A DNA stretch of 64,000 bases from Chrysomallon squamiferum (GCA_012295275.1 CM022671.1:33294001-33358000), one strand, 5' to 3'; positions 1 to 15,915 are shown, counted from the first letter of the stretch. Notes: generated from the letters alone by a model not told the origin. Program-made: numbers and translations.

Positions 1-1752
1 AAATAGATGTGAATAAATGTTACATATAAAAAAATGATAATATTAAAAAGATTGAAAGAAAGAATTAAAATGTTATATATTAAAAACAAATATTCAAAAA
101 TTATTTGAATCAATGTAGTTCATTGAAGTTTAGCTGTTAGATTTACAAGAACAATCTCCTTCAAAAATGAACTTGTGTTGCAGTCTGTTATTCTACATAC
201 AATTTTTTATATTATTCCAAGATATTTTGGAATATAAAATTGAAAGTAACCTAAAGAATCTATAGTTAAGCATTTAAACCAGGTATTTTAACAAGTATCA
301 TGCCAAAGAAAGTAAGAATAAGGTACAGAAAGAAATGGTTCCATAGGTAGCATTAAAGTTTTTGTAACCATTAATATCTGTTTGAAACTGCCATCACTAG
401 CTGAGATGTCTGAATATATTAATCAAAACAAACTTCTAAAATACAGTACATGTCTGTTTTGGTCACATAACAAGAAATGAAACAGTACAAATATCTTGCA
501 CCTTCTCTGGTATCGACAGTTAGCAGAGGAATCAATATGGAATGTGACCCTTGTACCAGTGAGCATTGAGGCTAAAAGCTTAACCATTGTTGTACCAAGA
601 CTCGTTATTTTTTCATGTAACTGTTTTTTTAAAGTCTGGATATCCTAAGATAAATTTTTATAAGCAAAGTCTTTTACCCATTTTTTAAATGACATGACTA
701 ATAACTAAAGAATAAACATATAATGGTTTATCAGGCATGAATTGGTGGCAACTGGTATTTATCTATATCTGTATGTCAAGTTATTATTTTAAAAGGTTCA
801 TGCAATTTTGTTCGGATATACATGGAAACAAAAAAAAAAAAAAAATAATAATAAATGTTAGGCAAACAGACTTTTATTTGAAGGAAAATTTTATCGATTT
901 GGAGTGTGCAATCCAAGAACTATACTATTAACTGACTTGTTTTGATGCCACACCAAATCACACCACTTTCAGAGCACACAGCATTTTCATTTTGCATTGC
1001 AGGCATGCATGTAAGATCCTATGCAGTTGTGTAAAGCTGAAAATCCATTTATTTGTGAAAGTGAGATAAAGTGCAAATATTTCTACTCATTTCCGTTAAT
1101 GGCATCATAATACACAGAGCTTTTTGTGAGATTACAACATAGAACAAGTAGTTTCTGTGTCGACAGGGGTTCGTCTTTGACTCATCCTGTCTTTGAAACT
1201 TTGTATCTTGTAATCAACTTTGATAAGTTCTTTTTCCTTCAGTTTTCTTTAAGGTCAGATTGGGAAACTTTGATATATGAGTAATCCTTTTGAGTTATTT
1301 ATTACGCCCATACATTTTTGCAAATTCTTAACTTTAAATATTTTGTTGCAGGTTTTATTTTATTTTTATTTTGGGTTGAGGAATAAGTCATTGCAGTTAA
1401 ATTAAATTTAATCATTACATAGAAGAAAACTTAAGCTTAATTGATAACAAGATGTAATTTGATCAATAATGTATTCTCCATTGTTATTTACCACTTCTTC
1501 CCAACAGCAAGTTTTTTGATGCCTCTGTAATAAAATTTGAATCAACTATGAACCACAGTGACTTATTCCTCAACCCAATATATTTTTTAATTTACTATTA
1601 TTTTTGAAATATCCAAAATATTTACAAACTTAATTTTCCTGGTTTTATTTTTTCATAAATATCTGTTACAGGTACCTTCTTTTAATAAATTAGGTTCATT
1701 TACTAAATCAAAGAGCAGATTTATCCATATTCCTTTTATAAGAGACACTTTT

Positions 1753-1787
1753 ATTCATTCATTCATTCATTCATTCATTCATTCATT
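1753..1787. repeat. (ATTC)n microsatellite
   Basis: Directly visible tetranucleotide run. Confidence 0.9.
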
Positions 1788-2358
1788 TATATATTAATGT
1801 GTGACAGATGCTGACTGGTTTCTCTGAATCAATGTCTGTTTATTATCTTTCACACAACATTAACTGACAATGATGCTAAAAATAATCCAAGTCAACAATC
1901 AGCTCCTTTACAACAGCTATTTCTTTAAAAAAACAAAATTTTATTTTTTAAATTCCACCATAAGCAAACACTAACTTTTTGAGCAGGTCATAGGCTTTTC
2001 ACGCCCGTTTAACTCCAGTTTTTGTAAGTATAATCCCATGCTGCAACAGTCAACCCAGCAATTACCTTGCTCGGTCAATGAACATACAAACACAGACATT
2101 ATGACACTAAGCATACAGGTTATTCATATATACAGGTAACTTTAGACACACTGACAATGCCACTTGGATATGTGGTTGCCAGACCTGAGTACCTGGGGCA
2201 GGTAAAAAATAATCGCATCTATTAAAATACTGTCAAATGATACACCTGTTCTGGCCATGTAAACAAGGAATATAACAAGAAAATACTATAAAATGTTTAA
2301 AACATTAATACAGGTACATGATTCTGCTGGTATTTTTGAGTAGCACTACAATCAATAA

Positions 2359-2398
<40 letters not shown>

Positions 2399-4516
2399 GA
2401 AATAGAATTAGCAGTAGTAGTAGTAGTTACAGTATGGTATAGTATAGTATTGAAGTAGTAGTGGTTATGACAGTAGTAGTAATGATAGTAGTAGTATCAA
2501 TAATAAAGATGCTGTATTCAACATATATAACCATAATACATGCTTTTATTGCCTAATAATAATTCATCATTTCATTTAACAAATACAATCCCATTAAAAC
2601 TGAAAAAAATTACACCCAAAATCTATATACATAATGACAAACACACACTTCTCTTAAAGGAGTAGCAAGGTTACAAAAGCAAATAACTTTTTTGCTTCTA
2701 ATCAGTTAGCCAGTGTAATGATGATATCCATGTAAATAGTACTAAACACATTTCAAGGGCAAAACAAACTATATATTTCTTCTTTTGTAATCATCTGTGT
2801 ATAAGAAGCCATATTTGACAATTAATAAAAGTAAATATTAAAGTACTGAGATTTTTAAATTTATTAATATTAAGATATTTGTCTCTTTATTCAATTTCAT
2901 TTTTCTTTTAGTGGTACTGCTGACCACTGACCATTTCTCTGTGCCTAAAATGAACTCAGTCTGTTCAGCACATGTGGAATGGCACTTTCTGTGACACCAA
3001 ACAAACATTTGTTTTAATGACTTTTCTCTCTCATGACATCTGGCTTTTATTAACTGAAATATATCTGTGAATTGTCCACATGAAGTATGTTTCTCTTTCT
3101 ATTAAATTCACGTTTATCTTTTCTAATCTTTATATGATTCAGCTTATGGTATTTCATATTTGAGTTTGAACACAAACTAAATTGTTAAAGTGTTTGTTAA
3201 TATTCTGTCTGGGGTAACAAATGCTCTCCTTGTAGGCATGCACATGCACATGCATACACACACATTTACACACATTCACCCTTATATGTATTTATAGGCA
3301 CTCACTTGTAAGTCATAACAAAACAGAAAAACTGCCTACAAAACATATATACCTGCATAATAATAAAACAGTAATGAATCAACATTTATCTTGCAAAAAA
3401 ACTAGTGTTAAATCAAAATAAGCAGAACAGCCTTCTGCCATTAATTCCAGATATCACAATAATCAATGATATCATATGATAACTGATAGTAATACATTAT
3501 GTACAGTGATGTTGCTATGATAAGATTTGTTACATCATTTCTAGTCTAGCACAGATCATTACTGAAGTAAAAACACAAAGTTGAAATTCAGTATGTGAAG
3601 GCTTACAAATATTACATACTAATAATAACTAATATTTACCTTTCAGTAGTAATTAAAACTATATGTTCAAAATATTAACTTCTACTGGTAATATAAATAT
3701 CTCTTTTTGTCATGTTTTCATAAAACTTAGGGCTATACCACAGAATGCAAAATAGTGTAAATATCAGAAAAATCTTCATTAACAGATGAAATCCTACAAT
3801 TTAATTTGCTTCCTCCCATGACTGGCTAGAGTAGGATAGTTTTAATATTCATGTTCAAGGAAACTGTGGAACTTTAATGATTTGTCACTGGTACAAAGTA
3901 TTATTAAGATGTGATGGAAAGAGACATATATGATAATCTTACACATTCCCAATTAGTTTTGAGATAGCAGCTTGAACAAGGAAGCACTTCCTGTTCATAC
4001 CAGCCTTACAGCTATTGCCTTAATCACTGAGCCATCAAGGTCTTATGATAGGAGAGAAAGCCAGTGATTATACTAATCCCATGCTGTCATGATTGCTTTC
4101 ACACTTGCCCTAAACACTGGATTTAGTGTATGGTTAAGTCTCTGATTCTATTCAAAGGCAGTGGCCTATTGTAAAACTGAACAGACAATGATGGTTTAGT
4201 ATAATCCATGATGTCTGCTGATTATCTTAATCCTAGACAATCACTAACTTGCAGACCTAAAAGTGACTAGTGGGTAAATGTTGTTTCTTATTGGCATGAC
4301 TATTGTTTCACTTAGAAATGACTAATCACTTAACAGTGTTGTATTGTCTGTTTAAAACTGATGTCATATAAAATAGGTCTACACTGTCTGACAGTGGTAG
4401 ATCATGGTTCAAATAAAAGGGATGAACTTTCAAAATAAATAAGTGAATTATTAACTTAAAAAACTAAACAAAAACAAAACCAAACAAACAACAATGACAA
4501 TATATTTAAATAAATA

Positions 4517-4552
<36 letters not shown>

Positions 4553-6063
4553 CGTACATTCACTTTTTTTTCACATCACAGTTATTGTATGTACCATTGC
4601 AAAAGACTGACAGTGTAAACCAAGGGATACTGAAACTTTAACTGTTAATGCTTTAAGATGCAGGTAACTCCTTACAGCCACCAACTCCCTCCAAAATGGA
4701 AGGGATGTATGATGTTTCAATAGGGTTAATCTAATAAAATTGACATTGGTCAGTTATTTATGCATGTTCAAAACACAAACTGTTTTGGTACCTGAAGCTA
4801 GGGTCAGCCAAAATACCAAAATATTATAAAGTTTATAATGGTTCAGGAAGTATTCAGCAGGACTATCAATATGTACTCTGCCTTTCAGCAATTAAATCAA
4901 TCAGCTTTTGACATTGTAGTGCCAGAGAGAGCATGAAAAGTGGATGTTTATCATGAAATTTTACCTACTACCTGATTGATGCTTTTTCTGTTTATCACAA
5001 AATTTTGATTATTAACCCTGCTCATACAGGTGAAAAAAGAAAATGAGATAGTTTGCTTGGTACTACAGAAGTCCAAGAGTCCATATTTGTTACTGAAGCA
5101 GACCTTGTAGTGAACTGTATTGAATTAATAACAATTACTGTGAGAAGAAAAAGCATGTATCATGTCTAAAGAAGGTACATATACCAAGATCACGTTTCTA
5201 GATAATAATGGCTGTTCTAAAAGAACCCCATAAAATTGTTATGGCACTTCTCACATACCACAAGAATCAATGGATTTCCAGTAAAAGATGTGAAAATTTG
5301 TTCCAAGCCCAAACTATATACTTTTTAAGACCTGTTTATCCTATGAGTAGTTTTATGTAGTGAAAACTGTCTGCTTATTAGTTTCAAAACAAAAACAGTA
5401 TAGATATCAAAGAAAGGTAGATACTAATATTTATTCATGTATTTTCTTTTTTAGCATTAACAAAATAATAATAATAATAATAATTAAAATAAATAAATAA
5501 AAAAATAAATAAAAATGAAAGTCATAAACCTCATGAAAATCTTATATGTTTAAATCAGGATACTAAAGAAATGTTTTTTTACCATTTAAAATTAAATTAA
5601 AATACTGGTATTTATATTTGAATTTATGAGTTTGTAAGACATTTTTAGTTCTTTTATATTTTTAAAAACATATCCTACAGAATAAAAGTTTTGTAGGTGC
5701 ATGTGTATGTATTATATATAATTTTATTTATTTAAGAACATACAGTTTATGCATATACAGTTATTTAAAAAATGATAACTGTTTACACATACTTACAGTT
5801 GATTATCATCAATCAATGGACAATCCTTTCATAAGCAGTTTTTATTCTTATTTAGTAATTGTTTAGGACAACAAAAGGAATGTCAACAGAAATGTGAGAC
5901 TTTCACTTATTCATACTGTAAATATGCACCAGGTGTATTTTTATTATTCACATTCACATTTCTTAAGGAAAACACCCACTATTATTCACTATTTGAGGCA
6001 GAAAATACCTTTTATTTGAACAAGAAAATATACAAATGTTAACTGAACAGAAATAATTATATG

Positions 6064-6097
<34 letters not shown>

Positions 6098-6883
6098 AAC
6101 TTAATAATGATATAACACTAATAACAATAACTTTTTTAAAAACACTGATAATTAAAACTTCAGTACTACATAATAAGTATTTAAATTCAGTATAGAGTTT
6201 GTTTAAATAACAAACCATATTTATCTTCATTTACCATTCTTATTAATAACAGGTATAAAGTATTCAAACATTAACCTTAACTCTCTTCACTAATAAGTAT
6301 CTGACTGTGAAAGAAAAGCTGGCACTTTAATGTCTCAATAAAAATGAGAACCTTTGACACTCCAGCCTTAATCTCTGACATCAGTCTGTCATGTCCTCCT
6401 TTCCCTGACCAATGGCTGTCCCGTTTTCCACAAACACTGTACAATTTGTATTCAGGTATCTAATATTGTAAGTTACAATATTTACATCATAAATGCCATT
6501 TTCTAACTCTCTGTGTTTTTAAAAGTTGCTCTGACACCTGAAAAGGGATATGAGCTACAAAGGAAGGTATTTAACAAGGATGTGAAACACAGTGGGTCAG
6601 GTAATAAAAAGGTGGAAATGATCTTTCAGCAATAAGTCTTAAGTCAAGAAAATGTAAATTTGCAATGGCAGACCTCAGCATGGGTCAAACCACAAAATGT
6701 CACCATTGTATTACCACATACAAGTGTCTACAAGCCAAAGTCGAACATTTTAATAATATTTTGACAACCAATACAATCCAAAAATATTTTAACTATTATA
6801 ACAATAATAATAATTGCAACATTAACAACAACAACAAATTAAAAAAGAAAGAAAAGATTTCTCTAATAATGAAAAGGATACAC

Positions 6884-7002
<119 letters not shown>

Positions 7003-9451
7003 TTTATTTCATACTGGTCATTTTCCTTGTTTTGCAGCAGGCTGGCTTGTATGTTTCTTACCTCTTGGTCCAATCATGTCAAAATCAACATTTGAGTCAA
7101 AATATTTTCACTGATAAGCTAGAAAAACATTGTCTGAAATATTGTTAACCAGCATGTTGTTGATAAACAAAAGATGATATTATCCAGACCACACACTAAA
7201 GATATCAGTTTGGTCAACAGAGCCCTGTGGCTTCCTTACCTGAGCTGGTTGCTGAGAAAATGTTATCACTAACAATTCAATAAATAATGTATAAATTGTC
7301 TTAAAAACATGTTTAATCTTATTTGCCATTTTTAAAATTTTTGTATCATCATTTTTACACAGACAACCTGTTAATAACAACAGTTATATCCAACATATAC
7401 AGACATGAGTGTGAACTGAATGCTGTTGTTTTTTAAATTATTTTTTTACACAGAATTCAGAATATAAATTTAAAGTTTAGCTAGCCTAACTGGCAATACA
7501 TTGGATTTTCCATACACTATTACTTCCTGTAAAATGAAAATATGGTGGACGTTTTTAAGAAGGGAAAGAGAAACCTTAAAATAATAATAATAAGAAGAAG
7601 AAGAAGAAGAAAGAAAAAGTAGCCATCAACATAGAATATTTATTCAAACAATCCCTAAATCAAAATTTTAAATGAATACACCCAGCTGAGAAAAATCACT
7701 ACAATAATAAACTATGATAGTTGTAGAACAAAGAATTTCACAATAAAAGAAGAAAAGAAAATATATACTTTCACTAAAATATAAAACAGATGTTTTCATC
7801 TACTTCCAGCAGCTAGAAGAAGAATACAAAAAACAACAGAAAGACTGGGAATGTCTTGTTTTCATAACAGGTGTCACTACAGTTTCTCTTTGAGGTAAGC
7901 CCTGTGACAGGTGTATGGTACAGGTATCAGCAGCAATCAAGAGGTAAACTGCAGATTCAATCGCAGACAGGAAAGCAGTGTATCGTTTCAAATCTCAATA
8001 CAATACAGCACAACTGTTCTGAATACAGCAGTATGGCTGTAGTTGTACATATCTGATCATTAAATCTAAATCAAAATATTCTTTAACTAAGTCATTTCCC
8101 TGTGAACAGAGGAAGCAGAGGATCAAGACTAATAGAAAGGTTTTATATATATATATATATTTATGACATTAACATCAACAGAAAAGCAGCACTAAATTCC
8201 TTCTAATTTTAAGCATATTTGATTATACATAGAATACCTCTTGATAATTTCAGTGTGTTTGTCTCTCTGTGACTCTCATATTTACTGTTATATTTGTCTC
8301 ACTGTCAGAGTTATAAAAGTTAAAATTAAAAAAATAATTTAAAAACAGGAAAAAAAGGTTTTTTTAAGGGCCATATAATACTTTTAATTCTTTACCAGCA
8401 GGGTCACTACATAAATTACAAACATCTACACCTGTTTAACATTTATACACAAGAGTAAAAATCTCATAACTTATTTCTGGCTATACATCTAAGTGCATTC
8501 TCTTCCATTCATAAAACAAATAAAGTATCTGAACATTTACTACTCTAATAACTATCACAAGCAGGCTACATTTAGTAACAATCATCACCAGTTTACACTG
8601 TCTATAATACAGTAAGAACTATTTTAAAAGGCCATAACAGTTCCCAGAATATTTCAGTGACCAAGAAACTGACTGGAACCACTGAGGAATCTGAAGCAAC
8701 ATATAATGGGATGTGTTCTGAACTTTATAGCTATAATGACCATCAGCCTAAACAGTTTTCTTTGAAGAATATCTCAGGATGAAGAATGCAGTAGTAAGTT
8801 ATATTTATTTTAAGTATTTCCCTTTGTTGTACAAGCATAAGCTCAGTCACAACAAGGCACTGCACTGTATTAAAGAAAAACCTTAAGCCTGCCACAAAGT
8901 TCATTGAATTTTATGATACATAAAAATATATATCCAAAAAATTATATAATTTATATGATAGACAAGGTAAGTTATAAAAGAAAAATGAAAAAAAAAAAAA
9001 GAAGAGAGTTAAGCCGCATGATATTTTTATGATATCAATTTAACCTTAAGAATAAAAAAACAATTAACAGGTTGGTGCAGACCTTGCTAATTAATGTCTT
9101 TTCTTAATTTTATTTTTTTGCATACAGAAATTTTAGTTTTTTATTGTTGGACAATAACCAGAAATAGTTCTATAAAACAAAACATTCAAATAGGTGTCCT
9201 GGCATGAGTCCCTTAAATAAGAAAAAGGTTTTCTTAAAAGTAAGTAAAATATTATAAAAACAAAGAGAGAAGGAAGACAAAGAAAAAGTAAAGAAAAAGA
9301 GAGAAATCTTTCCTTTTAAATAAAAACCATAATCAACTGCAAAATACTTATTTATACAATCAAGAAGAAACAATGATGGGTTTTTAGTAATCAAAATGTT
9401 ATTATTCAGTCTATTCTCTCCTGAATTATTTTCTTACCTCAAAAATATATG

Positions 9452-9497
<46 letters not shown>

Positions 9498-10396
9498 TAA
9501 TAAATAAATAAAAATAGAAATAAAAATAACAAAATATAATAATAACAAAATATTAATTTCACTAAACAAAATATGCTGTCACAGTCATAATAAATATCAT
9601 TATAAAAATATAAAAGTATTCACCTGATGCTGCTAGCTGGCTTTGAACATATACAAGTAACTGGTGAAATCATCTTCAAGCTGGCTTTGTCAGTTTTAAT
9701 CATAATAAAAGTGTCTCAATTTGATCTTGTACAGGAATTTCAGCACAAGATGTAAATATTAAACAAAGAGTTATTATTACAAACAGAAACCAAATATATA
9801 AATAACTCCTATTATTTGATATCTAAAGTTTTCTGATGAGGTGTTTTCATCACAGAACTCATATATGCTTAAAATATATCATTAATCATCCAAGTAAAAA
9901 CAATTCAATTAAAAAATGCAGTGCTCTAGAAACAGGGAAACATCACCAGACAGGAAAAAGTCTCCACACCTGTCGTTCCTATCTGTAACAGGCAAAGACT
10001 GAATGCAGACAAGTCACAACAACATAATATAGCCATAACCTGTTACCTACATGATACAAAGACATTAAAACAACCACAAACCTTAGTCATATCTCTATCA
10101 ACAGTACAGAATCATCAGTTAAAATGCTATCAAGTGTATTTCTCCCAAGATACCAAGGACACTTATGATCTAACTGGGATGATTTTATTCCTTTCTATAG
10201 ATAGTTCTGAGGGACTTGAATTAGTACAATGTGACTATAAAAATTATTCCAATCCGCAGACAATGACAATGTGGCCAGTGATGTCTCAAACTTCAGCTTC
10301 CAAGGTTACCCAGCAACAAAGGTTATAATGATTACTTCAGTGCAGACACAACACACAAGAATACAGTACACACACAACACACAAACACACACACAC

Positions 10397-10438
<42 letters not shown>

Positions 10439-10934
10439 TTACTATTTTTTGCTTCACAGAAAGGAATTTCTATTAAACTAACAGGCATTATCATAGGGGT
10501 AAAAAAATGGAAATAAATAAAAAGAAAACAAAGTTGCTTTTGAATCAATAAAACAATCAGATGTACAAATGGTGTACCAAACCATTGGCTGGAATAGGAA
10601 ATAAGCCCACAGAGACATTAAGAGGACTGAATTTACAATAAATGTTTGTTCAGTGAGATTCCACTAATTATCATTAAACGCTAATAAAATGAATACTATA
10701 TGAAACTCAGATTTATATTAAACTGATATAGTTAATCCTTTTAGATAGCTATATCATTAAAACAACAATTCATAGTTTATTACAAAGGATACTTTTAAGT
10801 CAAAGAAAATATTGTTTAAAGACAACATATTTAACCAGTTGTTGCTCCTTTCCAAAGCCATATATTATTTTTATATACTATCAGGAGAGAATGTACCAGT
10901 ATTTAAAATAATTCAGAGCCTGTGTCCTGCAGTT

Positions 10935-11060
10935 GGTGTATCAACGGCCATGGTATGTGCTTTCCTGTCTAAGGAAAGGTGAATGTACAGGTGTTGCTAA
11001 TTGATAAGAAAAGCAGCTTTTGATAAAAATCCCAATGATTTAAATAACAGTAAGGTATGT
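10935..11060 (+). mobile_element. Degenerate fragment of a dispersed SINE-like repeat
   Basis: TGGTATGTGCTTTCCTGTCT (~10951-10970) is the approximate reverse complement of AGACATAGGAGGCACATACCAC (~14295-14316). Resembles a gastropod SINE body recalled from memory, not searched. Confidence 0.5.
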
Positions 11061-13609
11061 AAAATAAAAATACCTTTCCTCCTTTTAATACATAGCTATA
11101 ATCATTAAAATTTGAGATTAATAGACATAAAGTTTTACTGCATCGAGAACTACAGACAAAAGAAATTCTTCAAAGCTTTCTCTTTCTCCCTCTTGCTGTG
11201 TAAATCTAGAATCAAGATGTATAAAGAAGTATTTAGACATTATTATCAAGCTATATATTCACTATCTCTGTCCAGGAAACTGCTCACATTTCTGTATCCT
11301 GCTCACCCCACAAAACAGATGTTTTATTTTATTGCCTGCAGAAGTATTGAGTGTGTCAGGAGTGTGCCAAATGGCTTGTGCAAAACTGGAGCTGAGCTAG
11401 TTCCTGTCCATGGTTGCCAACACCTTAGCAGGTGCAAAAACTGCATCTCTCTCTAAGTGAGTTTTTTTACTCATGAATGAATTATTAATATTTGCAAACT
11501 AATTATTTCTTAGAGTAATATTTCTAAATTCAGAAAAATTTGAAGGGTTTCCAAAAACACATTATCAACACAATAAAATGTTCAAGTGTTTTATTACTTA
11601 AATAATAAATAAATAACTACATACATACATACATACATTCATACATTCATACATTCATACATACATACATAAATAAATAAAAAAATAAATAAAATAAAAT
11701 AAAAACAATTTAAAAAGTTTTAAACCAGAAAATATGAAAAGAATGAAACAGTTGTATTCTTCTGGACCTTTGTATCTTATCACTATCAGTCATCCCTCTT
11801 TCCATCATCTTAGATGTTAAGAACAAAGACACCAGACTTAGCTGTATCTTGATTAATAACTGTTTCTAGGACATTTTTTTAATTACTAATTAAATTACTG
11901 TAATCAATTTTTGTTTTTTTGTTTGCTTTCTATATATACATGATGCTAACAGGAAATAACCAATCCTCCTAGATAAATAAATCAGGCAAGACATATTCAA
12001 TCCAAATTTTTAAAACAAATTCTATGAATCCCTGACAGATGCTGTGCACAGTAGCATATGATGGTATGATTTCTTAAATTACAACATTCCACAGAACGTT
12101 TACTTCTCACTGCTTGCAGATAATAATTGGAGGGAAGTCAACTCAGAAAAGTTACACATATAATCTACCACTGTTCTTTTATGTTAATTGGTCACTGTCC
12201 CTAGGAACAAACTTATAGGAGAAATTTACTCAGCTGATTAACTCATGAGCTGTTCCACATAACATAGAACACATTTAACTGATTCTGTTAATGTAATCCT
12301 GGTTGTAGGAAGGCTCACAGGTGGAACATTTATTTCACCTGCTGCTTTCTAGTAATTGCACTAGAAGCAATTTGTCTGCTTTGATAAAGGATGACACGAA
12401 TGATGAGACTTTTTTCAAAAATATCTTTTCTCAGCATCTGTAATTAATTATAAATTTGTCACAAATTCTTTGCATTCTAAACTATACATGTTGTTTGCAA
12501 TCAGTTTGTTTATTTTACTCCCCAAGAGGTTGGCAATAAAGACTAGTACTGTTGCATACATAATATATTACACATGCTGACTGATGCTCAAAGGATGCCC
12601 AAACTATTTATCATATACATACTGAGTGCAAAGATTGATATTCTCCAGTCTGCTCTAACAACACATATTAAATGCTATTTCATTAAATTTTAAATGAATG
12701 TTTGGTTATCATCAAGTCATAATTAAGAAGATGATAATGACAAAAATTCTTTAGTGAGAAGTTTTATTGTATTTTGTGATGTATTATTTTTAGTTTTTTT
12801 TTTTTTTTTTTTAATTCCTTTTTTAAGCCATCTGTTGCTCTGATATCAGACTAAGTACAATCCAATGGAGAACCAAGATTCCATACTACAAGTTATCTTT
12901 TTTTTTCATTTACCTAAGCAAAACAGCAATGTGAGTGACTGTAAATCTAAGGTAAATAACAAAACAAAACATTGAGATACCTAAACAACATACAGCAATC
13001 TAACAATTACAGTATCATCCATTTGTGGAATTGTAGAAAATTGCTACAAATTACTACATATAATGAAAAGCAAAGAGTGGCACCTAGTACTCTGAATTCC
13101 ACAACTATAACACAGACAAACACATCAGCACATATCATCTAACTCCTCACAAACAGTCAGCACACATCAGAAAGTTTTGCCATCAATCCTGAATGGCGTA
13201 ACCGTAAGGAAATTCCACCATATATTCTTGCATATAAATGACAGTGCAATTATTCCAGCACAAAGTCTTGCCAGCTCAAACTGTCAGCTAATGTAAGAAG
13301 TTTGCCAAAGCTGAACATATTTCTCTTTGAGAATACCTATCTTCCAGCAATTTTCAGTGAAAACAAAAAAAAAAAAAAACGTAAGAAAAAAAGAAAAAAT
13401 CCTTTTCACAAAAGGTGCAAAAACCTATTCCACACCATAAACCAGTTTATTTACCTTTTATTGACAGTTCAATATGAACAGTATATCCTGTTTTTGAAGT
13501 TCTAGCTGCAAAGAAGAAAGTTTATCTCTATGATATCCATTACTGGAATGTTTTTAAACAAAGAAAATTACTTTTATTTATTTTTTACCTCATTTGTCAA
13601 CAATTTATC

Positions 13610-13613
<4 letters not shown>

Positions 13614-13665
<52 letters not shown>
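13614..13665. repeat. (AAT)n microsatellite; similar runs at ~2360, 9460, 15873, 19090, 20629, 52719 (as TTA), 56395, 63295
   Basis: Directly visible. Confidence 0.95.
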
Positions 13666-13666
<1 letters not shown>

Positions 13667-14151
13667 TAAATAAAAAATAAAAAAATAAAAATAAGACAGA
13701 ACTTTAATAGATTCTTAAAACCAGTTTTGCTTTTTTCCTGTCAGTTATATATCAGAAATAATATTTTATGAACAGAATCATTCCTAATGCACTTCATGAA
13801 ATAAACAAGTATAGTGATGATTTCTTTTAATCAAGTGTATGGATATTTTAAAAAATATCATACTGTATTGAACATCTATTTCTTGAAGTTCCACATACCT
13901 CTATGTTGAATTATCTCTAGAACACTCACCCATTTAGTAAGTAAGTCAAATGATAAAGAGTTTCAGTACAAATGATCTCCTTCATCTACACCTCTAACCC
14001 ATAAAACTACTTTGAGCTACAATAAACGTGTTTATCCAATTTGATCAGTTTGAACTGATCAGAAAAGAAAACAGCTTTCTGACACATGTTGTGTTCTAAC
14101 TACCTTTTAAACAGTGGAACAATAGAGATAGAGCACTGAAATCTAAACAAG

Positions 14152-14320
14152 ATTTTGTTTAACGACACCACTAGAAGAACCTGATTAATTTTTCATCATT
14201 GGATATTTCATGCAGTATTATTAATTTATAGTCTTAGAAGAGCATGCACAATACTTTTCTATTTACAGCAAAGAAACTCTTAGATGCCTTTCTCAGACAT
14301 AGGAGGCACATACCACAACT
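14152..14320 (-). mobile_element. Degenerate SINE-like repeat copy (3' part)
   Basis: TTTGTTTAACGACACCACTAGA...TATAGTCTTAGA...AGCAAAG...GCACATACCAC; shares blocks with the copies at ~10935 and ~49430. Family recognition is from memory. Confidence 0.55.
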
Positions 14321-15872
14321 ACTGAAAATGAAGATTAAAGTATTCACAAGAATGAGAAATAGTTCAATGAACACAGAATTTAAATATTCAGAGATTATTT
14401 AAAAATTTTATATATTTAAAAGCCTCCTCCTTATTCTTCTTCTTATTATTTAATATATTTATAACACATTTAAGGAACTCAGCTTATATGCTACAAAATA
14501 TCAAAGATGAACACCATCACTGTGCATATGTTACCCATACACTGAAATATTCACGCCTATCAGACAGTCTTTTACACAGATGTGCACATTTTAACAACAA
14601 TCTCTGAGAACTGTCCACATGTCAGGATCAAAGGGTTTTACCAAACCTTCTGCCAGCAACATCCGTTTTTTTTTCACAACAGTTTGTCTTATGATGTATG
14701 ATTCAACACCCAAGCACAAAATAAAATGCTCAGGATATATCTTGTAAAAAGTTTAAAAAAAGATGTTCAAGAAAAACAAACATTATTTCTAAAAACAAAT
14801 ATGTATACAGATGGCTCTATATATGATATTATGGTTCAACATTATGAACTAAAAACAAAATTCTACTTAGAAGAAAGAGAAGAAGAAATAACTATCACTA
14901 AAACAAAAATAATAAAGAAACAAAAGAAAATAATAGTCACATTAAAATGTTCTCTTTATAACTAATTACAAAAGAGTGTATATATATACAGGAATTAGAA
15001 ATCAAAAGCTTCATATAAGTATTATGTTAAAGAAAGAGTAATAATGATGGATGATGTGTGGGAAGAGTGTGCAAGACATAAAGAAAGAAAATGTAGGATG
15101 AAAAAAGGAGGAAAAGGAGAGAGGAAGAATGAAATCAAGATTAAAAAACAACAAAGAAACAAAACCAACCATACACATTCACCAACTTTTAAGTATTTTT
15201 TAAATCATGAAATATTTCTTTTTATCTAATGTCCTATAAAGCAACACAAAACAAAGGGAGATGGAAAAAAACTAAAAAATGTTATGGGCTTCATAGTGGA
15301 TTAAGTACATGTTCAGTTAAATGAAACTTCTACTTTTTATAGTCAGATACACAAAAGGCTATCTTAAAGTCAGACAATGGGAAGAATGTAACTTGTCATA
15401 TCTATATGCATACACTCTGTAAATATGACTTTATTACAGGTTGGTCACATGATTCATGTTTAATAGTAAGTACAAGTCTATTTTAATGGATTTCCATAAC
15501 ATAAAAATGCCACAAATACCATTCAATGCCTCTGTCCTGCCAGGCTGTGTTCATTTGCAAATATATTTTAAGCACATATAAGTGTCACAAAAGTATTTGT
15601 TGACATGGGTTTTCTTCAAATGTTGCAACTAGATGAAAGCTGTTATTGATATTAACAAAGTACATGAATTTCCACTTTGGAAATTAAATAAAATAAATGT
15701 TGGATTGTCTGTAAATCACTGAATACTGATGTAACAGAAATACTCTCAAAGAATTATAAGACCAATAGTTAAAGGCTAGTAAGTGATATACTATATCCAA
15801 TTTGTAATTTGTTTCAAAATCTATAATATATTCAAATACGTTACTGTATATCAATGTATTTGTAAATGAAAG

Positions 15873-15915
<43 letters not shown>

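Noticed and set aside
7055-7125. Minus-strand donor GAG|GTAAGA with a possible tiny exon (MIGPR)
   Set aside because: Five codons only, ambiguous acceptor, no independent support
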